Shown: piece after piece, positions 53,501 to 63,897 of the stretch
How positions within the stretch are numbered: the first letter of the stretch is position 1
Layout: every line of letters starts with the position of its first letter
Source: Phoronis australis
Taxonomy: Eukaryota; Animalia; Phoronida
Assembly: GCA_002633005.1 (NCBI GenBank)
Contig: NMRA01000662.1
Coordinates: 71,375-135,374 of the forward strand
Reading direction: 5' to 3'
DNA: 64,000 nt
Program-made: the position numbers and the translations under genes
Notes under the pieces: generated by a model
Told to the model about the DNA's origin: nothing
Database searches by the model: none
What the model saw: the letters and a program-made list of their open reading frames with translations, nothing else

Positions 53501-56500
53501 GTCATATTACCCTGTTGGAAGAGCAGGCACCAAGTGTAAGCGATACATGTTATGGTATAGACCTTGCCATTGTCAACTCCTGGATTCTGTTCACAAAATC
53601 AATCACAGATCAAGCACCACCCAAGAATTGTGCCCACATGATGTTTTGCGCTGATGTTGCCGACCAGTTGCGTGGAGACCATTCTTCCAAGAAATTTCGT
53701 GTTGGCAGGAAAGCCAAACATTCTGATCAGTCTTTCGTGAAAAGAGAACTTGAATGCTCATGAAGTAGCAAAAGTCGAAGGTCAAAAAAATTTGAAGAGA
53801 GTGTTCGATGAATCAGCACTAAACATCATCTGGACGCTTAGTTGAAACACCTATCATGACAGGAACTGCTCAGCCTGATTTAGTGAGGTGAAAATCGTTC
53901 GCAAAAATATTCAATTGCTTATTTTTAATAAGAAAATGAAATAACTCTTCAGCTTACCTGAGCTCGTTAAAACAGGTATCTCACCTGTGGGAATGGTTTT
54001 TACTATGATGTAAGTCTGCAGCTTGACTTGAACAATGATATAAACTTAATATATATGTGTAGTAACAAAGTTTAGCCATGTACGGTTTAGTGGTTGTTTC
54101 CTGAGTGTTACTAGTTTTCTGTTATCAAGGTTTAAGGTGCAATTATTTACTTTGTGAAATCTTTCATTATCAAGGTAAGAAAACAATAATTCACTTGACA
54201 TGACTTTGTAAGATGTTTGTGATGATAATGAAGTACATTTTATCATCAAAATAAAATAAACTCCTGATAAATTGGATCGTTTAGTTTTATTAACTCAAAA
54301 ATACAGATAATTTCGAATTTCACCTGTACTTACCCGTAAATAACAGCCACCGTGTCATTCATTTGCTCTGTCATCTTAAGTCACATTATGTTGGGATGCC
54401 ATGTTTCAAAAATGATAGCAATATCTCAAGTAGTGAAAAGTTATGACCACTGATGTGAACTAGGTTGAATTTCTTGTCTTTTAACTGGATTAATGTAAGC
54501 TCATTCTAGTGGCTACATGGCTGCAAATGTAGGCACACAAGGGTTGACCAATATCTCTGTTTGGTAATTAAGCTACTTGGCTGTTTTTGTATATTTGTAA
54601 AAGTCTTGGTCTGCAGCTTTTTAGTAAAAAAGCTCACTACAGAAGGCTGTTTTGTGAACTTAGATGTAAAAACCTTGGTCTACGTATTTTTTGTGAAAAA
54701 CTGTGTGTGGGGGGGGATTGCTGGTGAACGGTCACGGGGGATGGGGGGTGCGTTTTTGCAGTAATGGACACCCTGGAATATTGGGAACCCCATTATGGAC
54801 ACCCTGTTTTCAAAATCCTGGATAAAAGCCTGGTGCTAATACTGAAGATTTTGGCATATCTGCCTTGCAATAGGTGATTTTGAATCAAATGTATTGGGAT
54901 CGGGATGGAATATTATGACTAACATCATGTTTGTTTCTTCTTGTCTAACTTTGTTACTTACTCTGAAATGTGACTAGACCAAACTTTCCTTACCATTTAA
55001 TGAGCAGGGTTGTCTTCTGGGGGCTTGCGGTCCCCTGGTTAGCCACGTGGCATTTGATAAGGCACAAATCAAGCTAGGGCTTGGTATTTCCTTGTTGCTG
55101 GATGAGGTTTGTTTGGTCTAACTCTTGCATTTTTATGAATCAGTCCCAGTTATTTGTGTGTGCCAGTGGTGATTAGTGTTGGCCATCTGCCCCCTTTCAA
55201 ATGTCAGTTCTGATAGGTCAGCATAATACAGTAGCCATATTGGTGACCCTTTGTCTTGTGTCATCTATTGCGTGTGCTTGGGGCCATTTTGGCACGTGGC
55301 TTTGCACGTTGGTGGTGGTCTTTCAGTGTCTGTTCCCACATGCAATTCAGTGTACATTGGGTTCTGTGTTCAATAGAGTTCGTTTTTAAGGTTATTCAAA
55401 GTGAATGGTGTTGTGTCTCTTGGGCGAGCTAATGTCTTTATAAGCAAAGTGAGTGATGTCATGTCTTGTGGGCATTGAATGGTGTCATGTCTCTTGGGCA
55501 GTGAATGGTGTCTTGTCTCTTGGGCAGTGAATGGTGTCATGTCTCTTGGGCAGTGAATGGTGTTATTATGTCTCTTGGGCAGTGAATGGTGTCGTGTCTC
55601 GTGGGCAGTGAATGGTGTCATGTCTCTTTGGCAGTGAATGGTGTCATGTCTTTTGGGCAGTGAATGGTTTCATGTCTCTATAAACAATGAGGATACCAAA
55701 ATTGTCTAGGAAAGACTAGTGAAACAGTCTAACCTGTATCAATGCATTTATACAAGTGAGGCCTTGCATTCTTCATTTGTATGTTGATTTGATATTTCAG
55801 TGACAAAAAATTATTCTCCTTGTATGGCGACACTATGTAAATGTTGTGGTAATTTTCAACGTACTTCCTATTCACGTTGTCGCTATATGTTGTGTTTCTA
55901 AATAATTTGTCCTAGCAATCACAAACTTAAGATAAGGAATAAACGTGCAAGTTGCACTTTAAATACATAAACTATATTTGCTCATCCAAACAAATGCGAT
56001 TACAGTATTATCAGTGAACTACAATTGGTTTATACAGTAAAACGTCGCTAATTTCATACCAAAATAATTGCCAAAATTGTGGTAAAGGCCTACAACTCTA
56101 TAAAATATTCTAAGTTGGTTGCTATAGTAAATGGGCCTGGTATTCCCCGAATGTCATACTTCCATCATGCTTCTTTGGCTGAAACCGGCCACGTGTGATA
56201 AAGTTGATTAGAGTGGTCTGGTGCAATAACGACTTATCTCAGTTCATCTGAAATTAGGAAATTAATTCCTACCTGAGTAAGGAACTAGACGACACTGGTT
56301 TCATAACAGTAAATGACCTAAATCAAGATACAGAGAGCATGGGACCCCTTTGCAAAAGTTGGGGTTTCTTGAGACTGGTAGTCTGACCTCCCTCTTAATC
56401 TTAATTTAATAGCAGTCTTTCATCTTTCACTACTATAGTTGCGTTATCTCATTTCAGACCTCCAGCGTACGGAGAGTGACGCCAATGCATGGCCACCGTC

Positions 56501-59500
56501 ACGTGAAAACAAACCAATCAGTCTGATGGAGAGGTTGCGCAAGGAGTTTGGTGTGGATGCGGACGAGGATGAGACGGACAGTGGCGCCCCTGTTGTCAGT
56601 GAGTATTCATTGGTTGAGGCTGTGTTGAGATGGGAGTGGAAATAAAGCTGGTTGGGAATATTGATGTTCACTTTGTCCTTCAACTGTAGAAAGTCTCAGT
56701 CTAGAAGACTGGCTTGCATTTGGCAGGATGCTACCTTTAAACACTCTGATAATGAAAAATGGAAAAGTGTTATTTGCACATATTTTGTTGTGGCCTAGTG
56801 ATGGTTCTTCTTGGACACCTTTTTTCCATTCAGAACACTGGGGTTTCTATTCACTGTGTTAACCAAGTGGTTTGGCCAGTTTCCATTAATTCACTGACAT
56901 CTGTGCTTGCCACATGGTCAATAGCTAGACACAACAAGCTATGTTTAGGTCATGATACTTAATGAGCATTTCAGCTCAGGAAATGAGGAAAAATTGCATT
57001 CAGTTATTTCTTCAACAGACCCAAGTGGTTTTTCTTGGAGGATGACTTGGCCCCAAGTTGGATAGTGGGAATTATGTGTTAAGTTCAATTTCCAGTTAAC
57101 TGTGGAAATATTGGGCAATGTACTTCTAGTTCGTACACTTGGTCCTTAAGATAAGTCATGTTTCGCCTTGTCTGGATATTAGGAATAACGGAGCTCAAAG
57201 TTCAATGAGTCAAAATTAGTGGAATCATGATTGAAACATTTCCCTGGTAGTCTTGTTGTTTTTAGAGAACAGATGTATGTAAATGGTTTGCATTCTCTGG
57301 ATCTGTTTTGTTTTTTGGAAATACTTTGATTTGGCTTTTCTGTTTGTTTTGGCAAGCCAGTTAGTATTTAGAACCTTGCTGCAGGCAAGTTGACAGCATG
57401 AGTTCATGACTTGGCCTTTACCGTTACAGGTGTTATGAGATCACAGCGAACCCAACAGTCACCCTCTCCACCGCCCCCACCTCCCCCCTCGGAGACTCCC
57501 CCGCCCCCGCCCCCTCGCGTCAATTTCCTAGTCGAAGGTAGGTCTCTGTGCAGACCGCATGTTATGTCCAGCCTCCACTGTGTGCCTCGTGCTCACTGTT
57601 GTGCATGTTTAGTCTATAATGACAAGTGGTCTCCGCCTTGTAGTTCGTGTCATATCTTTAATTTCCCCATTTATTATTTTGGTTTATAAATGTTGTTTTA
57701 TTTTCCATTAACAAACTGGAATTTCCCATCTTTTCATGAGATGTATTACGTTCTAAAGAATAAGGACCACTTTGTTGTATTTTGCAGTTGCCTTATAGTT
57801 GGTCATCACACCTGGGGCGTTGTGCTTGTAATTATCTGTGTTGTCACCTGTGTGGCTCTCTTGTTGTCACTAGGTGGCTCTGTTGTTCACTGCTTCAACT
57901 GTTTCGTTGTACCCACAACCTTCTTACACACTCGACCTACACTGGGTATTATGTCCCACTTTTGATGACATCAGTGCATTCTATGGCATTGGTTCTGTTG
58001 TCTGACCTGTCCTTACAGTTGGTCTATACTGGTCTCAGTGCCCTTACAGATGGTCTGTACTGGTCTCAGTGCCCTTACAGTTGGTCTATACTGGTCTCAG
58101 TGCCTTTACAGATGGTCTGTACTGGTCTCAGTGCCCTTACAGATGGTCTGTACTGGTCTCGGTGTCCTTACAGCAGTTCTGTACTGGTCTCAGTGTTCTT
58201 ACAGTTGGTCTATACTGGTCCCAGTGTCTTTACAGTTGGTTTATACTGGTCTCAGTGCCCTTACAACAGGTTTATGCTGGTCCCAGTGTCTTCATAACTC
58301 CCACCAAGACACTTCCTCACCAGGATTGTTTGTCCACTTTTTACACAGTCTGCCAGCTCTCACTCCAGGAATGCCATTTATTACCTCGTTCCATTAGTGG
58401 TGTGGGGTAGCCTCCCCGCTCCAGCAGGCCTAATGAGCTGGCGCCACCAATGGTGCCATCACAACAGACTGGCGGTGTTCATCCGTCTTGAGTGGCATTG
58501 ACTCTTGTGTGACACCTGTGTGATGTTGTGCCAACATAGCACTCGGGGGCTCCTGTCTCCCCCTGCTTAACCCTTGACTTTGTGCTCTTGTTAATAGAAT
58601 GGAATTTCCGATTCAATGTGGACAATACTAGCAGCAATAATACCCTAGGGATTTTCCATAAATTGGACCACTTTGGTGTTGAAAGCTGTTCACTGTCCCC
58701 CTGCTAATCCTCAAAGTAGGATTCTTCTGGCCTTGGACAGGGATTGTGCACCGGTGAATGAATGCACTTGACAAACTGAAGTAGACTTGGCTTGATTTTT
58801 GGATGTCTATTTGTGCCACTAATCTGTTCATTCACCATCTCAGTTGTCACAGTTTTGCATGGAACTCGTGGCCTGTAATTCAGAACTAACACGCGTTTTC
58901 ACAAGTGTTTGAATTGTGATAATGTTGGTGGAATGCAGTTGGTTCTTAAATTGTAATGATGTTGTCCGTTGGAACTGTGTAGTTGTAATGTAAATGAATG
59001 TACTCTTACTAACGCTTGTCCACACCATGTTACAGTGTTCTCCACAGTACAAATTCCAAATTCGACACAAATTTCTAGAGTTCAATATCAGTAGTCAACA
59101 CTGTCTTTTCTCTAGTCTATAGCCTTAACATCTCCACTGGAGGTATTTATATATGTTTCAAAAATGTACACCGAACTGGTCAGGTGTGACCTACTTTGTG
59201 ACACTTTATAGGGCCTACACGTGAAAACCACGAATCGTACTCGAAGTGCCTATTCAGCTGACGACTGTCTCACAAATAAAAAAAATTGTTTTGTAAAAGC
59301 ATGTGGCCATGAAGCACGCGCCACATACCTGTCACTTGTCATGGCAGACATTAGTCTTCAGGAACTATCCATGAAACTACGGGTAGCATATCGGCAAGAA
59401 ATAAATTTCGGGCCCTAATTTCAGAAAGTTTCTAATGCCGTAAAAACTGTTGCGTTATTTTTAAGAGGAATTGTTTTAATCACTTTTTAATGTATTCATA

Positions 59501-62500
59501 ATTGGTGTTTTTAAAGTGAAATACCCGATAAAATGCCTTACTGATAGTGGACACCTCCGCCCCTGAATCTCCCGGAAAATAACTCGGACTGTCACACATC
59601 CAGTCACCGGTGACTCAAGGACATTCGGCCTTAGGTCCTACCGAGACAATTCTTCCACGTTTTAATAGTAGATGTGATCAGCAAGTGCTAAATAAAACGT
59701 GTTCTCGTGATACTGCTTGTGTTATTTCTTTAATTACAATGTACACCTAAATCGTTAGATTGCGTTAACTCTTGCAAATGAACGCTGATAACAAGCACGC
59801 ATTTGCTCATTCACACACACAGACAATCTTCCAAACAAAGGTCACATGACTACGACGTGTGTTCGTCTAGAGATTTTTCTCACGTTGCTGGGTACGATCT
59901 TGCGCAGATTTGAACTTATCTTGTTCTTAATACCAACTCCACAAGAACTTAAAAATCTTAGTAACGCTATTTGGAAAACTTAAGTGAGGATTTCAGGTAA
60001 TTTGTTGAGTCGAAACCTGTCGACGATCGCGAGGCAGTGGCGTATCGGCGAGTTTTTGCCCTGGGATTTCAGTGCAATTTTCTGTAAAATGATCGTAATT
60101 TAACAACGAATTTTAATAGTAATACACCACAGTTTTATAGAAAGTCTGTCATACATAGGCTACAGATACATCACATAGCGTAAATTTGATGAATCCCAGC
60201 TTCCGATTTCACCCGTTTTGGAGAGCAGGTTTCAACCGCCTTAGGTTACAATAAGCGCCTCTCCCCGAAACGAATGTTACTAAGCGCCCCGGGCGCCTTA
60301 TTACGCTGAGTACAGAACTGTTAACTGCCTCTTAGTAAAGTGAACTATGTTTACTGTTGGTAAAATCAGGCTCCGATTAGATGCTGAGGGCTGAAGTACC
60401 AAGCCAGCCTAGGTTTTAAACCTGCCGAGGCAATTTTTAACTTGTCGCGCTTTCCCCAAATTCGATGCGGCAAAATCCAAACTCGTTACCGCGTTGAGTC
60501 GAAACAGGTCGTGGAGAACACTGTGTCGTATACTATCTACTGAATAGTCATTTTAGTGGCTTGAATGTTTTTGTCATACAGTTGTTCCACTATGCTACTC
60601 CGTTGAGTTGGAATGTGTGTTAAAGCAGTATGTGCATGCTACTACGCCAAAGTAGTGTTAGTGTTATTGTTGTATTTCCTGCTGTCGAATCCGTTTGTAA
60701 CTTGGGAGTAGATGAATAAAAAAGACGCTCATCAGTTTGACCGATGTCCTGGCTTACCGTGTGAGAATATAAAGGTCGTGTTGTTAACAAGAAGGTCGTG
60801 TGTTATATTGTTACATTGTTGCGACAGGTTGTGATTCTGGGTTGTCTGGTTACACAGGTGGTATCTAGGCATCTACCACTTCAAATTTACTGCAATACTA
60901 TTATTTCAACTTGTTTGAACTGTTGTGTGATCTCTTCTGGACTCCATCACTCTCTCTCTACCTCCAGCTCCCTCTGTGGAGACGACAGCGTACCAGACCA
61001 ACATGGCTGTTCCACCTCCCCCCTCGTCCAAGATACCCAGTCTGCTGTCACTGCCTACGTTTACACCCCCTCCGTTCCAGTACAAGGGTAAGCATAACAG
61101 TAATCAATGAATAACTAAAAGCTGCTTTTCCCCTGTTGCACAAGCTGAAAAAACGAAAATCGAATTAGGCCGTTTACTCTCATAACATCACTCTCGTAAT
61201 ATTCCATTCTTGTGATAGGTTTCTATTTTCATTGCCAACAAGATCACCATGTGAACGCATTGCCTTTGACTCGAGTTGATAGCAGAAGTAGACTCTAGGA
61301 ATATTAAGAGATCGATTTTATGAGAGTAGAAGGCCAAATTTTATTTTTTGTTTTTTAGCCAGCTGAACAGGAAGAAGTTCAGCTTTAACCCCCTTGTGGA
61401 CATCTCTATGGTGGGTAGTTTTCACACAGTACGTGGTAATGCTGTTGTGTTTGTTAAACTGGCATTGTTTCCGCAAAGATATAGTTTATTGCTTGATTCA
61501 GAGGCAAGTCCCATGTTCTTGGAACTACAGTTGGAAAAGGTTTGTTAGAACTAATGATTTCTGATGACTAAAACCCACACATGGTGTTGTTAATCATTTG
61601 GTTGAAAGTACCTAAATGGAGCTTTGGAATTTTAAATTCTGTTGAATTGGCATTACATTTCTTACTTTGGTGAAGTCCAAAAGTTACAAGGACTTGCACA
61701 GTATAACTCAGACAGGTAAACAACCTAACTAATGTCATATTTGAGGTAGGGGTCAAGTTTTTGCAAAATGTAATACTTATTGAAAATTCAATTTTTAGTG
61801 TAGATGATGGTCATTTTAACACGAAAAGCAGACAAATAGTATTGATTTCGTGTTGTCAGCCACAAGCAACTCACACACGTATGATAGTACAAAGACCGCT
61901 GGTGGGCCAAGAATCTCAGTTCACTGGACTAACCCGTAGCCCAGACTCATAACAATCCCTAACAAATATGTGTGATGCACCTTGTACCGAGAAATAACCA
62001 CAGGCCACGCACTGTTCGCTACTCATCTACTTCTTACACAAGATGAAGTGCATGAACTATTGACCTATTGAGTGACGGCTTATCTGACCAATCAGAAGGC
62101 ATCATTCTTGACACACCTTCATTTCCAAGCCGCCATTTTACCTGACAACACATTGCCTGCTAAAACTTATTGTTTGTTTGTCGACATTGGGCAAGGGGGC
62201 GGACCTTGCGATAGGTCAATTAACAATATCGGCAATTCATTTTGATGAATCAGCTTGTTGTTTTATTAAAAGCAACAGAGAAGTGAGTTTTAGTTACATT
62301 TCTTCTGTCTTATTGGGATAGTAAAACACAAGAAGATACCATTCTACAAAATTAACTGTAATTTTGAACCTTGTTAACCAGTGGCACAGCGGAAAAGAGT
62401 ACATTTTGTCCGGGTAACATATTTGTGGTCTGTGAGCCGTGTTTTTTGGTGGATATGTGTTTTTGGTTGAGTGCGGGCATGAGTTCACAGACCCCTGAGT

Positions 62501-62906
62501 CGGGTTTATTCACGAGGGACTATGTTCCTAAGTGTGGGGCTGTGTTGTTCAGGTAGCCCAAGCTATGGTGTGAAATGTCAGGCTCTATTGGAATTACGTG
62601 TCCCTTTGTTTTATGACATGACGTTTTGTTGCAGGTGTGCCCCAACCTGTGCCCCCACCACCCCCTCAGACTGTGCTCCCTCCCCAGCAGCGCTCCACGT
62701 ACTCCAGTCAACCAGCCAATCAGTACTCAACTGTTGTTGATACGTCCAAGATCCCGTCACTACTCAACGGCAACTACAGCGCCCCAGCGGGGCTAACGCC
62801 GCCATCGTCGTCGCGTCTCAACGGTCCTGGTCTCTCCAATGGCCCACCTCCGTCATCACACCCTCCAAGGCACCACTACAACAAACAGCAATATTACAAG
62901 CGATGA
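24407..62906 (+). CDS. KMT2E: KMT2E/SETD5 (MLL5/UpSET) ortholog, whole multi-exon CDS span (22 exons, ~1523 aa)
   Basis: Exon chain with compatible splice phases; motifs MAAGTE, GLPYQDHNYG, PHD ([30 protein letters not shown]), YEEAxxNQYS, SET (IIEYRG...[26 protein letters not shown]), [47 protein letters not shown]. Confidence 0.93.
25015..25117. repeat. ~23-bp minisatellite
   Basis: ACACTATGACTTACCATCCATT variants x4. Confidence 0.75.
25438..25528 (+). CDS. KMT2E: KMT2E coding exon 2
   Basis: [30 protein letters not shown]; ttccag acceptor, GTAAGT donor. Confidence 0.88.
25900..26105. repeat. Dispersed repeat (second copy 34715-34900)
   Basis: TTGCTGATGCTAG..TGATTTAC..CAAAATCT..AATGGAAACTGTCCT..AAAAACACT..GCACAGGGACA..TGTAATGCA in both copies. 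Confidence 0.7.
28958..29175 (+). CDS. KMT2E: KMT2E coding exon 3 (DHNY motif, first half of PHD)
   Basis: DHNYGQPPP...[21 protein letters not shown]; AG/GT flanks. Confidence 0.95.
29554..29693 (+). CDS. KMT2E: KMT2E coding exon 4 (second half of PHD)
   Basis: [38 protein letters not shown]; AG/GT flanks. Confidence 0.95.
30059..30273 (+). CDS. KMT2E: KMT2E coding exon 5
   Basis: DGSSSEEEK...[11 protein letters not shown], Lys-rich NLS-like tract; AG/GT flanks, phase compatible. Confidence 0.9.
30502..30717 (+). CDS. KMT2E: KMT2E coding exon 6
   Basis: [14 protein letters not shown] motif; ttcag acceptor, GTAAGT donor. Confidence 0.9.
31036..31217 (+). CDS. KMT2E: KMT2E coding exon 7 (SET N-terminal part)
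   Basis: [30 protein letters not shown]; GTGAGT donor. Confidence 0.93.
31700..32390 (+). mobile_element. Another, 5'-truncated copy of the same Helentron-type element
   Basis: Colinear with 44540-45200, with the same monomers and the same 3' end GTGGGTGCATTTCAAC...GCTCTTGTT. Confidence 0.7.
32920..33037 (+). CDS. KMT2E: KMT2E coding exon 8 (SET core)
   Basis: [39 protein letters not shown]; not in the ORF track, read manually. Confidence 0.95.
33456..33565 (+). CDS. KMT2E: KMT2E coding exon 9 (SET C-terminal part)
   Basis: [36 protein letters not shown]; GTAAGT donor. Confidence 0.95.
33725..33811 (+). CDS. KMT2E: KMT2E coding exon 10 (post-SET cysteines)
   Basis: [20 protein letters not shown]; donor GTAGGT inferred from phase. 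Confidence 0.85.
34188..34338 (+). CDS. KMT2E: KMT2E coding exon 11
   Basis: [12 protein letters not shown]...MSPLKLS; AG/GTAAG flanks, phase compatible. Confidence 0.8.
35422..35574 (+). CDS. KMT2E: KMT2E coding exon 12
   Basis: SVTSPP...ELDEKKL, which joins TREERK; AG/GTATGT flanks. Confidence 0.82.
36012..36319 (+). CDS. KMT2E: KMT2E coding exon 13
   Basis: [24 protein letters not shown], conserved MLL5/SETD5 helix. Confidence 0.93.
36995..37169 (+). CDS. KMT2E: KMT2E coding exon 14
   Basis: [10 protein letters not shown]...FRFHKTKK; GTGAGT donor. Confidence 0.9.
37228..37562. repeat. 17-bp minisatellite
   Basis: ATTGGTACTTGTAAT(AC/GG) repeated ~19 times. Confidence 0.92.
37695..37919 (+). 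CDS. KMT2E: KMT2E coding exon 15 (copy 1)
   Basis: [10 protein letters not shown]...PLTIRTD...GSAKK; phase 0-0, 225 nt. Confidence 0.85.
38116..38340 (+). CDS. KMT2E: KMT2E coding exon 15 (copy 2, probably allelic assembly duplicate)
   Basis: Encodes the same peptide as 37695-37919; copies separated by a single N at 37998. Confidence 0.6.
38560..38886 (+). CDS. KMT2E: KMT2E coding exon 16
   Basis: RWLRQAISE...[10 protein letters not shown]; AG/GTGAGT flanks. Confidence 0.92.
39316..39545. repeat. ~28-bp minisatellite
   Basis: ACAGCCCGGGGGTAATGCTATGATGG variants x ~8. Confidence 0.88.
39574..40518 (+). CDS. KMT2E: KMT2E coding exon 17 (long Ser/Glu-rich disordered exon)
   Basis: 945-nt open frame ending PPVKKK|GTGAGT, which joins VSLSEYRKR. 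Confidence 0.88.
40575..45200 (+). mobile_element. Cluster of Helentron-type non-autonomous elements (HINE/DINE-like) with internal ~150-bp tandem repeats
   Basis: Starts TTTATGCRCCCACATAT at ~40578, 41430 and 44385; hairpin CCACATAT-tt-ATATGTGG at 41439-41456; (GTCC/GTCT)n at ~41467; ends with GTGGGCGCA (inverse of the 5' TGCGCCCAC) plus CAAC..GTTG stem and T-run at 45168-45200 and similar near 44215-44243; contains an N gap. Confidence 0.7.
42271..42817. other. Assembly gap (N run) inside the repeat cluster
   Basis: Run of N. Confidence 1.
45638..45821 (+). CDS. KMT2E: KMT2E coding exon 18
   Basis: VSLSEYRKR conserved motif; GTGAGT donor phase 1. Confidence 0.9.
47132..47661. mobile_element. 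MITE-like element with an internal poly(T) run
   Basis: CAAGGCTTGGAAT...ATTCCAATCCCTG imperfect TIR; CpG-rich relative to flanks; T-run ~47503-47542. Confidence 0.5.
48172..48391. repeat. ~72-bp tandem repeat x3
   Basis: AGTCTGCCATTAATAGCCACCTTG..TATGTAGTTCTGATGGAGAT..GCATTA. Confidence 0.85.
49422..50059. mobile_element. Shorter copy of the same TIR element
   Basis: CGGTGTTCTCAAC...GTGGAAAACACTG ends; internal similarity to 59033-59210 and 60350-60523. Confidence 0.6.
52193..52615. repeat. Dispersed repeat, copy 2
   Basis: Colinear with 14770-15190; lies just upstream of the piggyBac remnant. Confidence 0.75.
52780..53780 (+). pseudogene. Decayed piggyBac-family transposase (PGBD4-like)
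   Basis: [30 protein letters not shown]...DTGY...IYTGK, FDRF(Y) near 53221 and [18 protein letters not shown]; broken by frameshifts and stops; boundaries approximate. Confidence 0.9.
55400..55680. repeat. 26-bp minisatellite
   Basis: GTGAATGGTGTCATGTCTCTTGGGCA variants x ~9. Confidence 0.9.
56458..56598 (+). CDS. KMT2E: KMT2E coding exon 19
   Basis: DLQRTES...[12 protein letters not shown]; tttcag/GTGAGT flanks, phase 1-1. Confidence 0.78.
57430..57537 (+). CDS. KMT2E: KMT2E coding exon 20 (poly-proline)
   Basis: [20 protein letters not shown]; AG/GTAGGT flanks, phase 1-1. Confidence 0.75.
58010..58292. repeat. ~30-bp minisatellite
   Basis: CTTACAG(T/A)TGGTCT(A/G)TACTGGTCTCAGTGCC x ~9. 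Confidence 0.9.
59033..60523. mobile_element. hAT-like non-autonomous element with a nested ~1.1 kb insertion
   Basis: Perfect 13-bp TIR CAGTGTTCTCCAC / GTGGAGAACACTG; both end segments match the shorter copy at 49422-50059; no TSD seen. Confidence 0.65.
60968..61087 (+). CDS. KMT2E: KMT2E coding exon 21
   Basis: [40 protein letters not shown]; pyrimidine tract + CAG, GTAAGC donor, phase 1-1. Confidence 0.75.
62635..62906 (+). CDS. KMT2E: KMT2E terminal coding exon
   Basis: Pro/Gln/His-rich C-terminus ending YYKR-TGA; ttgcag acceptor; followed by AT-rich 3'UTR. Confidence 0.8.
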
Positions 62907-63788
62907 CAGGTGCTGCCACCTAGGGGTCTATCTGCTATGTAGATATCTACGCCCGTTGGCCTGTGAGCAATGACCTACACAGCTGCTGTTTCTCTGTGAA
63001 CTAGATAACTCATTGTACATAGTTGTTACGTAGCACTCTATTTAACCAGTTGTACATGTTCTTAATCCACTCCGGTGATTGCTGTGTTGTACTGCCTATG
63101 CTTGTTCTGTCTCTGTACATATGAACAACAAATATTTTCATGGACTATCATTGATTCTCTTGATAATCTTTGTCACAAAAAGAGTCGCGCTTGTCTTATG
63201 TTCTTTATTTTCATTCGAGTTTCCTAGATTGGCTTCTCACACGATTGCTTTTCCTCTTGGAAAGTGCATCTGGTTTGAATTGTTGCTTTTACTTTTAGGA
63301 GTCGATTTGTGTTCATTCTCATCATTTCTTGGCAGTGAATTTTTGTAAGCTATCATCTGAACCTGTGGTAGTCATGGCTGTCAATTGTGTTTGAAAGGAT
63401 GCCCTCCTACATTGAGCAGCATTAACATTCGAGAAAGCTCCAATGCATACTTGTTACATGTGCTCACTGCCAGTTTATCGTATGTAAATATATACATATA
63501 ATATCAATGTAAACTGTTTACTCCTCTGCCAAAATGTCCTCACCTGACATTGTATATATACAAGGTGTTTGCATTAATGTTTCAGTGCGATCTTGTGTGT
63601 TAGATGTACCATAAATAAGATGATTAGATAAGGTGTTAGGTCACCGCGTTTTTATTGGGCTGACAGTGGTTTTAGATTGATGTGAAAGGAAATTAGGTGT
63701 AAACATGGGTATACGTTTGCTTTGTACATTTGCAATGTATATATATTGTTTGTAGTAAACATTTTAGATAAAAAAACGACCATTGTAT

Positions 63789-63878
63789 AATAAAAAGCTA
63801 TTCTCACAAATTGTAATTAGTTTATTTTATTTTACTTTGTTTAATCTAAAAACGTGTAAACGTCATCTGATAAATAAA
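63789..63878 (+). terminator. Candidate polyadenylation signals of KMT2E
   Basis: AATAAA at 63789-63794 (followed by a T-rich tract) and at 63873-63878, ~0.9 kb after the stop codon. Confidence 0.55.
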
Positions 63879-63897
63879 AACAAACTTTGTAAGTTGT

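Noticed and set aside
57782-58410. Repetitive ORFs in three frames
   Set aside because: Translation of a 30-bp minisatellite
62910-62930. Isolated CTCF-like motif just after the stop codon (others near 24135 and 49790)
   Set aside because: Single imperfect matches are expected by chance; not supportable without a matrix scan
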